Below the pieces are notes generated by a model. The model made no database searches. It was given only the letters and a program-made list of their open reading frames with translations, and was not told where the DNA came from. Below, piece by piece: positions 53,885-64,000 of a stretch of DNA of 64,000 nucleotides. Within the stretch, counting starts at the first letter, position 1; each line of letters opens with the position of its first letter. Made by a program: the position numbers and the translations under genes. The DNA is from Escherichia coli (lineage in GTDB: Bacteria; Pseudomonadota; Gammaproteobacteria; Enterobacterales; Enterobacteriaceae), in the NCBI RefSeq assembly GCF_044324785.1, contig NZ_CP172127.1; one strand, written 5' to 3'.

Positions 53885-54095
53885 GCTCAATCTCACAAAG
53901 TGGACTAAATTATCGCCATTACTGCGCTTTAAATGACCTTTATGTTCAATATTTTTTCAATCTAGCAGTGGGTTTTCATTTTTGCAAACTCAATTTAACA
54001 TTTGACAAACATTTAGTTTGCATACAGATTCGAATGGTGGTCATTATATTTTACGCTTTGATAACGAGCGGAAAACAAACCAAAGGCGAAGAATC

Positions 54096-55514
54096 ATGGA
54101 AACCAATATCGTTGAAGTAGAGAACTTTGTTCAGCAGTCAGAAGAGAGGCGGGGTAGCGCCTTTACGCAGGAAGTGAAACGCTACCTGGAGCGCTACCCG
54201 AATACGCAATATGTTGATGTTTTACTTACCGATTTAAATGGTTGCTTCCGTGGAAAACGTATTCCTGTTTCAAGCCTGAAGAAGCTCGAGAAAGGGTGTT
54301 ATTTCCCGGCCTCGGTATTTGCAATGGATATTCTGGGCAACGTAGTAGAAGAAGCGGGTCTGGGTCAGGAAATGGGCGAACCGGATCGTACCTGTGTTCC
54401 TGTTCTCGGTTCCTTAACCCCTTCTGCCGCCGATCCAGAGTTTATCGGTCAGATGCTCCTGACCATGGTCGATGAAGATGGCGCTCCCTTTGACGTTGAG
54501 CCGCGGAACGTTCTTAACCGCCTGTGGCAGCAGCTGCGCCAGCGCGGATTGTTCCCGGTCGTAGCGGTAGAGCTGGAGTTCTATTTACTGGATCGCCAGC
54601 GCGACGCTGAAGGGTATCTGCAACCGCCCTGCGCGCCTGGCACCGATGACCGCAATACACAAAGCCAGGTTTACTCCGTTGATAACCTCAACCACTTCGC
54701 CGACGTGCTCAATGATATTGATGAGCTGGCGCAGTTACAGCTGATTCCGGCAGATGGCGCGGTCGCCGAGGCCTCGCCAGGTCAGTTTGAAATCAATCTT
54801 TACCATACCGATAACGTGCTGGAAGCTTGCGATGATGCGCTGGCACTAAAACGCCTGGTGCGTCTGATGGCAGAAAAGCATAAGATGCACGCCACTTTTA
54901 TGGCGAAGCCGTATGAAGAGCACGCGGGCAGCGGGATGCATATCCATATCAGTATGCAAAATAATCGTGGCGAGAACGTGCTTTCTGACGCGGAAGGCGA
55001 AGATTCGCCGCTGCTGAAAAAGATGCTCGCCGGGATGATTGACCTGATGCCGTCATCAATGGCGTTGCTGGCACCAAACGTGAACTCGTATCGCCGCTTC
55101 CAGCCGGGAATGTATGTGCCGACGCAGGCGTCGTGGGGCCATAACAACCGCACCGTTGCCCTGCGTATTCCGTGCGGCGATCGTCATAATCACCGCGTGG
55201 AATATCGCGTGGCGGGTGCCGATGCCAACCCATATCTGGTGATGGCAGCGATTTTTGCCGGTATTTTGCATGGCCTTGATAACGAGCTGCCGTTGCAGGA
55301 AGAAGTCGAAGGCAACGGGCTGGAACAGGAAGGCTTACCCTTCCCGATTCGCCAGAGCGATGCCCTGGGTGAGTTTATCGAGAATGATCACCTGCGCCGC
55401 TATTTAGGCGAACGCTTCTGCCATGTCTATCACGCCTGTAAAAATGATGAGCTGTTGCAGTTTGAGCGCCTCATCACAGAAACAGAAATTGAGTGGATGT
55501 TGAAAAACGCGTAA
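54096..55514 (+). CDS. puuA: Glutamate-putrescine ligase PuuA (glutamine-synthetase family), about 472 aa
   Basis: METNIVEVENFVQQSEERRG... Divergent from puuD. Confidence 0.9.
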   Translation: METNIVEVENFVQQSEERRGSAFTQEVKRYLERYPNTQYVDVLLTDLNGCFRGKRIPVSSLKKLEKGCYFPASVFAMDILGNVVEEAGLGQEMGEPDRTCVPVLGSLTPSAADPEFIGQMLLTMVDEDGAPFDVEPRNVLNRLWQQLRQRGLFPVVAVELEFYLLDRQRDAEGYLQPPCAPGTDDRNTQSQVYSVDNLNHFADVLNDIDELAQLQLIPADGAVAEASPGQFEINLYHTDNVLEACDDALALKRLVRLMAEKHKMHATFMAKPYEEHAGSGMHIHISMQNNRGENVLSDAEGEDSPLLKKMLAGMIDLMPSSMALLAPNVNSYRRFQPGMYVPTQASWGHNNRTVALRIPCGDRHNHRVEYRVAGADANPYLVMAAIFAGILHGLDNELPLQEEVEGNGLEQEGLPFPIRQSDALGEFIENDHLRRYLGERFCHVYHACKNDELLQFERLITETEIEWMLKNA

Positions 55515-55816
55515 TACCCCTTGCGGGGTTGTTTCATCGGCCTGAGCGGAGCCAGGCCTGACATTTGCTGGTAATCCAGACATTTTCCGGATGTCGCGTT
55601 ATGGAGCGCAGGCGGCAACGGGCTTCCGTTAACGATTAAGACTGTGACGAGGAAATGAGATGATGCCGATGATTAAATCCCCGCATGGCGAGGGAGGCTG
55701 CGTATGCGCCCCTCCTGCGACTGACTGGACTCCGCCCCCTTTGCTTCCCTTGCTAAACAGGTTTGATTTCAGGTCGACACGACCGCAAACCTTATTACGC
55801 AGGGGAGGCAGCAATT

Positions 55817-57202
55817 ATGGCTATTAATTCACCACTGAATATTGCTGCGCAACCCGGCAAAACCCGTCTGCGAAAATCACTGAAATTGTGGCAGGTGGTG
55901 ATGATGGGTCTGGCCTATCTCACGCCGATGACTGTGTTCGATACCTTTGGTATTGTCTCCGGCATTAGCGACGGTCACGTTCCGGCGTCCTATTTGCTGG
56001 CGCTGGCGGGCGTGCTGTTTACCGCTATCAGCTACGGCAAACTGGTTCGCCAGTTTCCGGAAGCCGGTTCGGCCTATACCTACGCGCAAAAGTCGATTAA
56101 CCCGCACGTCGGATTTATGGTCGGCTGGTCATCGCTGCTGGATTATCTCTTTTTGCCGATGATCAACGTCTTGTTGGCGAAAATCTATCTCTCCGCCCTC
56201 TTCCCGGAAGTGCCGCCGTGGGTGTGGGTGGTAACCTTCGTCGCCATTTTAACCGCCGCGAATCTGAAGAGCGTCAACCTGGTCGCAAACTTCAATACCC
56301 TGTTTGTACTGGTGCAAATCTCCATCATGGTGGTGTTTATCTTCCTGGTGGTTCAGGGACTGCATAAAGGAGAAGGCGTTGGCACCGTCTGGTCACTTCA
56401 GCCGTTTATCAGCGAGAACGCGCACCTGATCCCGATTATTACCGGGGCGACGATTGTCTGTTTCTCCTTCCTCGGTTTCGATGCGGTGACCACGCTTTCG
56501 GAAGAGACGCCGGACGCCGCACGCGTGATCCCTAAAGCCATCTTCCTGACGGCGGTATACGGCGGCGTTATCTTTATCGCTGCGTCGTTCTTTATGCAGC
56601 TGTTCTTTCCCGATATCAGCCGCTTTAAAGACCCGGACGCCGCACTGCCTGAAATTGCGCTGTACGTCGGCGGCAAGCTCTTCCAGTCGATTTTCCTCTG
56701 CACCACGTTTGTGAACACGTTAGCGTCTGGCCTGGCTTCACATGCCAGCGTGTCGCGTCTGCTGTATGTGATGGGGCGTGACAATGTGTTTCCGGAGCGC
56801 GTGTTTGGCTATGTGCACCCGAAATGGCGCACGCCAGCGCTGAACGTCATTATGGTCGGGATTGTTGCGCTGTCGGCGCTGTTCTTTGATTTAGTCACCG
56901 CGACAGCATTGATTAACTTCGGTGCTCTGGTGGCATTTACCTTCGTAAATCTGTCGGTGTTTAATCATTTCTGGCGGCGTAAAGGAATGAATAAAAGCTG
57001 GAAGGATCACTTCCACTATTTGCTGATGCCGCTGGTTGGCGCGCTGACGGTGGGTGTGCTGTGGGTTAACCTCGAGTCAACGTCACTGACACTCGGTTTG
57101 GTATGGGCTTCATTAGGCGGCGCATATTTGTGGTATCTGATCCGCCGCTATCGCAAAGTGCCGTTGTATGATGGTGACAGAACGCCGGTGAGCGAAACGT
57201 AA
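55817..57202 (+). CDS. puuP: Putrescine importer PuuP (APC family), about 461 aa
   Basis: [34 protein letters not shown]... is a 12-TM APC permease. Confidence 0.9.
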
Positions 57203-57335
57203 TAGTCGGATGCGCGGCGCATTATCCTGCCTGAGGGTAATGCACCGCGCCATTAACTATAAAAAGATGTATGACCCGGATCACGAGTGCTATCATCCGC
57301 CCTTATGCTTAGCGCATTAACCCCAGGGGCAAACA

Positions 57336-57581
57336 ATGAACCACGATATCCCGCTAAAATATTTTGATATTGCCGATGAGTACGCGACCGAATGCGCAGA
57401 GCCTGTCGCAGACGCTGAACGCACACCGCTGGCCCACTACTTCCAGTTACTGCTCACCCGTTTGATGAACAATGAAGAAATCAGCGAAGAAGCCCAACAT
57501 GAAATGGCTGCTGAAGCGGGGATTAATCCCGTACGCATTGATGAGATCGCAGAGTTTTTGAATCAATGGGGTAATGAGTAA
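57336..57581 (+). CDS. ymjA: YmjA (DUF2543), 81 aa
   Basis: 81-aa acidic protein. Position matches K-12. Confidence 0.8.
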   Translation: MNHDIPLKYFDIADEYATECAEPVADAERTPLAHYFQLLLTRLMNNEEISEEAQHEMAAEAGINPVRIDEIAEFLNQWGNE

Positions 57582-57623
57582 TTATTTCATTGCAGACGCT
57601 CGGTCAGTATCGTTGCCCGGATA

Positions 57624-57660
57624 AAGCGTTCACGCCGCATCCGGCTAAAAATGACACGCA
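57624..57660. repeat. REP element in the ymjA-sapA intergenic region
   Basis: GCCCGGATAAAGCGTTCACGCCGCATCCGGC. Confidence 0.7.
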
Positions 57661-57893
57661 CTGCAGCGTGCCTTAATGGGTTTCTCACGATCGTACCGCT
57701 CTGCTCCTCGCTAAGTTGTTCTGTGAGTTATAGTTATAGAGAAATCACGGGTACGAATGTTGAACAGATGGCGACGTCACCTGTTCAACGACCAACCACA
57801 CGGCCCTCATTAAGACCCCTGAACACAAACGGTAATGGCAAATGTCATTAAATATTAGTAAGATAGCCTCTTTACATAAAATCCCTTAATATT

Positions 57894-59537
57894 ATGCGCC
57901 AGGTATTATCGTCTCTTTTGGTGATTGCTGGACTTGTGAGTGGTCAGGCAATCGCCGCGCCTGAATCCCCCCCGCATGCTGATATCCGCGACAGCGGTTT
58001 TGTCTATTGCGTTAGCGGGCAAGTCAACACCTTTAACCCATCCAAAGCGAGCAGTGGGTTAATTGTCGATACCCTTGCCGCCCAGTTTTATGATCGACTG
58101 CTGGATGTCGATCCCTATACCTATCGCCTGATGCCGGAACTTGCCGAAAGCTGGGAAGTTCTCGACAACGGCGCGACCTATCGCTTCCACCTGCGTCGCG
58201 ATGTTCCGTTTCAAAAAACCGACTGGTTTACTCCCACTCGTAAAATGAATGCCGACGATGTGGTGTTTACCTTCCAGCGAATTTTTGACCGCAACAACCC
58301 GTGGCATAACGTCAACGGCAGCAACTTCCCCTACTTCGACAGCCTGCAATTTGCCGATAACGTGAAAAGCGTCCGCAAACTGGATAATCATACGGTTGAG
58401 TTCCGACTCGCCCAGCCGGATGCTTCTTTTTTGTGGCACCTGGCGACCCATTATGCATCGGTCATGTCGGCAGAATATGCCGGGAAGTTAGAGAAAGAAG
58501 ATCGCCAGGAACAACTCGACCGTCAACCGGTTGGCACCGGTCCGTATCAGTTGTCGGAATACCGCGCCGGGCAATTTATTCGCTTACAACGTCATGATGA
58601 TTTCTGGCGTGGTAAGCCGTTGATGCCACAAGTGGTGGTGGATTTAGGCTCTGGCGGTACAGGACGATTGTCGAAACTCCTGACCGGGGAGTGCGACGTT
58701 CTGGCCTGGCCTGCTGCCAGTCAGCTATCCATTTTGCGTGACGACCCACGCTTGCGTTTAACGCTGCGTCCTGGGATGAACGTCGCCTATCTGGCATTTA
58801 ACACCGCCAAGCCGCCGCTAAATAATCCCGCTGTCCGCCATGCGCTGGCACTGGCGATCAATAACCAGCGTCTGATGCAATCCATCTATTATGGTACGGC
58901 TGAAACGGCAGCCTCTATTTTACCGCGCGCCTCGTGGGCCTATGACAACGAGGCTAAAATTACTGAATACAATCCGGCGAAATCGCGCGAACAGTTGAAG
59001 GCGTTGGGGCTGGAAAACTTAACGCTGAAACTGTGGGTGCCAACACGTTCGCAGGCGTGGAACCCCAGTCCACTGAAAACCGCCGAACTGATTCAGGCGG
59101 ATATGGCACAGGTTGGCGTAAAAGTGGTGATTGTGCCGGTAGAAGGTCGCTTTCAGGAGGCGCGGTTGATGGATATGAGCCATGATCTGACGTTATCCGG
59201 TTGGGCGACTGACAGTAACGACCCGGACAGTTTCTTCCGTCCGTTACTGAGCTGCGCAGCAATTCATTCGCAGACCAACCTCGCCCACTGGTGCGATCCG
59301 AAATTCGACAGCGTGTTGCGTAAGGCGCTCTCCTCGCAGCAGCTGGCGGCGCGTATTGAAGCCTATGACGAAGCGCAAAGTATTCTGGCGCAGGAATTAC
59401 CTATTCTGCCGCTGGCGTCGTCATTGCGTTTGCAGGCCTATCGGTACGATATCAAAGGTCTGGTACTTAGTCCGTTTGGTAACGCCTCCTTTGCTGGGGT
59501 GTATCGCGAGAAACAGGATGAGGTGAAAAAACCATGA
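57894..59537 (+). CDS. sapA: SapA periplasmic peptide-binding protein, 547 aa
   Basis: Signal peptide followed by an SBP family-5 domain, first gene of sapABCDF. Confidence 0.9.
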   Translation: MRQVLSSLLVIAGLVSGQAIAAPESPPHADIRDSGFVYCVSGQVNTFNPSKASSGLIVDTLAAQFYDRLLDVDPYTYRLMPELAESWEVLDNGATYRFHLRRDVPFQKTDWFTPTRKMNADDVVFTFQRIFDRNNPWHNVNGSNFPYFDSLQFADNVKSVRKLDNHTVEFRLAQPDASFLWHLATHYASVMSAEYAGKLEKEDRQEQLDRQPVGTGPYQLSEYRAGQFIRLQRHDDFWRGKPLMPQVVVDLGSGGTGRLSKLLTGECDVLAWPAASQLSILRDDPRLRLTLRPGMNVAYLAFNTAKPPLNNPAVRHALALAINNQRLMQSIYYGTAETAASILPRASWAYDNEAKITEYNPAKSREQLKALGLENLTLKLWVPTRSQAWNPSPLKTAELIQADMAQVGVKVVIVPVEGRFQEARLMDMSHDLTLSGWATDSNDPDSFFRPLLSCAAIHSQTNLAHWCDPKFDSVLRKALSSQQLAARIEAYDEAQSILAQELPILPLASSLRLQAYRYDIKGLVLSPFGNASFAGVYREKQDEVKKP

Positions 59538-60499
59538 TTATCTTCACCTTACGCCGCATTTTGTTATTGATTGTCACCTTGTTCCTGCTGACCTTCGTTG
59601 GCTTCAGTTTGAGCTATTTCACTCCACACGCGCCGTTACAAGGCGCGTCACTGTGGAATGCCTGGGTGTTCTGGTTTAATGGCCTGATCCACTGGGATTT
59701 TGGTGTTTCCAGCATTAACGGTCAACCAATTGCCGAACAGTTAAAAGAGGTCTTCCCGGCGACGATGGAACTGTGCATCCTCGCCTTCGGTTTTGCGCTG
59801 ATTGTTGGCATCCCCGTGGGGATGATTGCCGGGATTACGCGCCATAAGTGGCAGGATAACTTGATCAACGCCATCGCCTTACTGGGCTTTTCAATCCCGG
59901 TGTTCTGGCTGGCGCTTCTGTTGACGCTGTTTTGTTCACTCACGCTAGGTTGGTTGCCCGTTTCAGGGCGTTTCGATCTGCTCTACGAAGTGAAACCGAT
60001 TACCGGTTTTGCGTTGATTGATGCCTGGCTTTCGGACTCACCATGGCGGGATGAAATGGTCATGAGCGCAATCCGCCATATGATATTGCCCGTGATCACC
60101 CTGTCGGTTGCGCCAACAACTGAAGTGATCCGACTGATGCGTATCAGCACTATCGAAGTGTATGACCAGAACTATGTTAAAGCAGCGGCGACCCGCGGTT
60201 TGTCGCGCTTTACTATTTTGCGTCGCCACGTTCTGCATAACGCGTTACCTCCGGTTATTCCTCGCCTGGGCTTACAGTTTTCTACCATGCTGACGCTGGC
60301 GATGATCACCGAAATGGTTTTTAGCTGGCCGGGTTTAGGCCGCTGGTTAATTAACGCTATCCGCCAGCAGGATTACGCAGCCATTTCCGCCGGAGTGATG
60401 GTGTGTGGCTCACTGGTCATTATTGTTAACGTGATTTCTGATATTTTGGGTGCCATGGCTAACCCTCTGAAACATAAGGAATGGTATGCCTTACGATAG
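59534..60499 (+). CDS. sapB: SapB ABC permease, 321 aa
   Basis: DppB-like permease. Confidence 0.9.
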
Positions 60500-61376
60500 C
60501 GTATACAGCGAAAAGCGCCCGCCGGGCACGCTGCGTACCGCCTGGCGCAAATTTTATAGTGATGCCTCTGCGATGGTCGGCCTGTACGGCTGCGCGGGGC
60601 TGGCTGTACTGTGTATTTTTGGCGGCTGGTTTGCGCCTTACGGCATCGATCAGCAATTTCTCGGTTATCAATTATTGCCGCCGTCATGGTCGCGCTATGG
60701 CGAAGTTTCTTTCTTCCTGGGGACTGACGACCTCGGACGCGATGTTTTAAGCCGTTTACTGAGCGGAGCTGCGCCAACCGTAGGCGGCGCATTTGTGGTG
60801 ACGCTTGCCGCTACGATCTGTGGCCTGGTACTGGGCACCTTCGCCGGGGCGACGCACGGCCTACGCTCAGCGGTGCTTAACCATATTCTGGATACCTTAC
60901 TGGCGATCCCTTCCCTGCTGCTGGCAATTATCGTTGTAGCGTTTGCCGGACCGAGTTTGTCTCACGCCATGTTTGCCGTCTGGCTGGCGCTACTGCCGCG
61001 TATGGTACGTTCGATTTACAGCATGGTGCATGACGAACTGGAAAAAGAGTACGTCATCGCCGCCCGTCTGGATGGCGCATCAACGCTGAATATTCTCTGG
61101 TTTGCTGTGATGCCAAACATCACCGCCGGGCTGGTCACCGAGATCACCCGCGCACTGTCGATGGCAATTCTCGATATCGCCGCGCTGGGCTTTCTCGATC
61201 TCGGCGCGCAACTCCCCTCGCCTGAATGGGGAGCGATGCTCGGTGATGCGCTGGAACTGATTTATGTCGCCCCGTGGACTGTCATGCTGCCAGGTGCGGC
61301 AATTATGATTAGCGTGCTGTTGGTTAACCTCCTTGGCGACGGTGTCCGTCGTGCAATTATTGCGGGGGTGGAATAA
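60486..61376 (+). CDS. sapC: SapC ABC permease, 296 aa
   Basis: DppC-like permease. Confidence 0.9.
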
Positions 61377-62368
61377 TGCCATTACTCGATATTCGTAACC
61401 TGACCATTGAATTTAAAACCGGTGATGAGTGGGTTAAAGCCGTCGACCGCGTAAGTATGACCTTAACCGAAGGTGAAATCCGCGGTCTTGTTGGTGAATC
61501 CGGTTCCGGCAAGAGTTTGATTGCGAAAGCAATTTGTGGGGTGAATAAAGATAACTGGCGTGTTACAGCTGATCGTATGCGTTTTGATGATATCGATTTG
61601 CTGCGTCTCTCCGCACGCGAACGGCGCAAGCTGGTTGGTCACAACGTGTCGATGATTTTCCAGGAACCGCAGTCGTGTCTTGACCCTTCAGAACGTGTGG
61701 GTCGCCAGTTGATGCAAAACATCCCAGCCTGGACCTATAAAGGCCGTTGGTGGCAGCGTTTTGGCTGGCGCAAACGCCGTGCCATTGAACTGCTGCACCG
61801 CGTGGGGATTAAAGATCACAAAGATGCGATGCGCAGTTTTCCCTATGAGTTGACCGAAGGTGAATGTCAGAAAGTGATGATAGCCATTGCACTGGCGAAT
61901 CAACCGCGTCTGCTGATTGCTGACGAACCGACAAACTCAATGGAGCCAACAACCCAGGCGCAAATCTTTCGCCTGCTGACGCGTCTCAACCAAAACAGCA
62001 ATACCACTATTTTGCTTATCAGCCATGACTTACAAATGCTTAGCCAATGGGCGGATAAAATTAACGTGCTTTACTGCGGTCAAACGGTGGAAACCGCGCC
62101 AAGTAAGGAGTTGGTGACAATGCCACATCATCCTTATACCCAGGCGCTGATCCGCGCGATACCAGACTTCGGCAGCGCGATGCCGCATAAAAGTCGCCTC
62201 AATACGCTGCCCGGCGCTATCCCACTGCTGGAACAGTTACCGATTGGGTGTCGTCTGGGGCCGCGTTGCCCGTATGCACAACGAGAATGCATTGTGACGC
62301 CACGTTTGACGGGGGCGAAAAATCATCTCTATGCCTGTCATTTCCCGCTGAACATGGAGAAAGAGTGA
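61376..62368 (+). CDS. sapD: SapD ABC ATPase, 330 aa
   Basis: Walker A GESGSGKS. Confidence 0.9.
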
Positions 62369-62369
62369 G

Positions 62370-63176
62370 ATGATCGAAACGTTGCTTGAAGTGCGTAATT
62401 TAAGTAAAACGTTCCGCTACCGGACCGGCTGGTTTCGTCGTCAGACCGTAGAAGCGGTAAAACCCTTGAGCTTTACGCTACGTGAAGGCCAGACACTGGC
62501 GATCATTGGCGAGAATGGTTCTGGTAAATCCACGCTGGCAAAAATGCTGGCGGGAATGATAGAACCTACCAGCGGCGAGTTATTGATTGACGATCATCCG
62601 CTGCATTTTGGCGATTATTCCTTCCGCAGTCAGCGTATCCGCATGATTTTTCAGGATCCTTCGACCTCGTTGAATCCCCGTCAACGTATCTCGCAAATTC
62701 TGGATTTTCCACTGCGTCTGAACACCGATCTGGAACCTGAACAGCGTCGCAAACAGATTATTGAAACGATGCGTATGGTTGGGCTGCTACCGGATCACGT
62801 CAGTTACTATCCGCATATGTTGGCACCCGGGCAAAAACAGCGTCTGGGGCTGGCGCGCGCGCTGATATTGCGCCCAAAAGTCATTATTGCCGATGAAGCC
62901 CTCGCCTCACTGGATATGTCGATGCGTTCGCAGTTGATTAATCTGATGCTGGAGTTACAGGAAAAACAGGGCATTTCGTATATTTATGTTACCCAGCATA
63001 TCGGAATGATGAAGCACATTAGCGACCAGGTGCTGGTGATGCATCAGGGCGAGGTTGTCGAGCGAGGCAGCACCGCGGATGTGCTGGCATCGCCGCTGCA
63101 TGAACTCACCAAACGGCTTATTGCCGGTCATTTTGGCGAGGCATTGACGGCGGATGCGTGGCGTAAGGACCGTTAA
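62370..63176 (+). CDS. sapF: SapF ABC ATPase, 268 aa
   Basis: Walker A GENGSGKST. Confidence 0.9.
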   Translation: MIETLLEVRNLSKTFRYRTGWFRRQTVEAVKPLSFTLREGQTLAIIGENGSGKSTLAKMLAGMIEPTSGELLIDDHPLHFGDYSFRSQRIRMIFQDPSTSLNPRQRISQILDFPLRLNTDLEPEQRRKQIIETMRMVGLLPDHVSYYPHMLAPGQKQRLGLARALILRPKVIIADEALASLDMSMRSQLINLMLELQEKQGISYIYVTQHIGMMKHISDQVLVMHQGEVVERGSTADVLASPLHELTKRLIAGHFGEALTADAWRKDR

Positions 63177-63805
63177 CAGGTTTCCTGGCTAGTACAATAT
63201 TCTTCACCGATAGCATCAGGGTCGATAAAGGGATACTCATTTTGCATAATATCCTGTAAATATTGTGCAAAATTAACAGCAATGACCTGATAGCTATCGG
63301 GATCATGTAAATAACGAACAATTTGTCCAGATTTTCCTTTTGGAGATGGAGAAAAGTCGATATATAAACGTGAAGTGCCGCCATTATTAATGCAATGAGC
63401 AAAACAGAGCCAGCGATGAAACGGTACAGTTGGATCTATACGTTCATCAACATCGACTTCGTCCATTTGCCCATCGTAGATTTTCATGATGGATTCCTGA
63501 CCAAACCATGACTTTCTTTCCTCCAAAATCTGCTGGGCAGACTGGAGATAATAGGGATATTCTCCGCCTTCAACATCCGCCCCTAAAACGGGTAAAAATA
63601 CCTTTTTATCCTGATGTTGTTGAAAATAAGTTCCCTTGATCTGGCGAAGCAAACCGAGTAAATCCTCCGAAGAATCAGGATATTCATGGAGAAGTTCTGT
63701 TATATCGCTTTCTTGCGCTCCAGACAGTGTTGCAAATAATGCCCTGACATCCGTTGGCAAATGTGCGGCAAGCCCGGCCAAATATTCCTGATACATTGTC
63801 ATCAT
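63173..63805 (-). CDS. SMI1/KNR4 (SUKH-1) family protein, a putative orphan immunity protein, 210 aa
   Basis: The 210-aa ORF has a C-terminal ...WLCFAHCINNGGTSRLYIDFSP...GQIVRYLHDPDSYQVIAVNFAQYLQ block, which resembles the SMI1/KNR4 signature. The DNA is AT-rich. Its stop shares the TTAA tetranucleotide with the sapF stop. Confidence 0.6.
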   Translation of the reverse strand: MMTMYQEYLAGLAAHLPTDVRALFATLSGAQESDITELLHEYPDSSEDLLGLLRQIKGTYFQQHQDKKVFLPVLGADVEGGEYPYYLQSAQQILEERKSWFGQESIMKIYDGQMDEVDVDERIDPTVPFHRWLCFAHCINNGGTSRLYIDFSPSPKGKSGQIVRYLHDPDSYQVIAVNFAQYLQDIMQNEYPFIDPDAIGEEYCTSQETC

Positions 63806-64000
63806 AACGTCCTTTTTTAATCCATAATGAACAGCGTGTTTTGACTGTTTTTCTTAACAAAAGTTCCTGCTGTGCAACGCTCTGGCTCTTTAGTCCTTTC
63901 GTCGCTTATAATAGCTTTTTTCGGTCTTCCTCTTTCTCAAGAGAAAAGCTGCCTGATGTACAGGCACTGAAACGAGTATCAACAATAAGGATTAAAGCTA

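Overview
The window is reverse-complement E. coli chromosome, syntenic with the K-12 region from ydbL through ynbE-ydbH, ldhA, hslJ, ydbJ, pfo(ydbK), micC, ompN, uspF, ttcA, dbpA, zntB, dgcM, smrA, mcaS, abgRABT, ogt, fnr, uspE, ynaJ, ynaI, mppA, pgrR, ycjY, mpaA, ycjG, tpx, tyrR, ycjF, ycjX, pspEDCBA/pspF, puuEBCRDAP, ymjA and sapABCDF. The core genes are recognised from their translated products. Against K-12 gene order as I remember it, this strain differs at several points. There is no Rac prophage, and ttcA has a non-K-12 N-terminus. An AT-rich 3.5 kb efflux module (HlyD-family adaptor, DHA2 MFS pump, divergent AraC regulator) lies between smrA and mcaS. An IS1 with a 9-bp target duplication truncates mppA. 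The ycjY/ymjD/ymjC tandem hydrolase and NAD(P)-binding genes are intact here, whereas K-12 carries ymjD and ymjC as pseudogene fragments. The ycjM-ompG-ycjW block between pspE and ycjX is absent. An IS3-family, IS1397-like element sits inside a REP between pspF and puuE. An AT-rich SMI1/KNR4 (SUKH-1) immunity-like gene is convergent with sapF where ycjD would sit in K-12. Other signals worth a second look are a proline-rich 57-codon ORF with a strong Shine-Dalgarno just upstream of dbpA, a 35-bp motif conserved upstream of both mppA and mpaA, palindrome clusters in the pgrR/ycjY divergent region, and the MicC and McaS sRNAs. No rRNA, tRNA or CRISPR array was seen.
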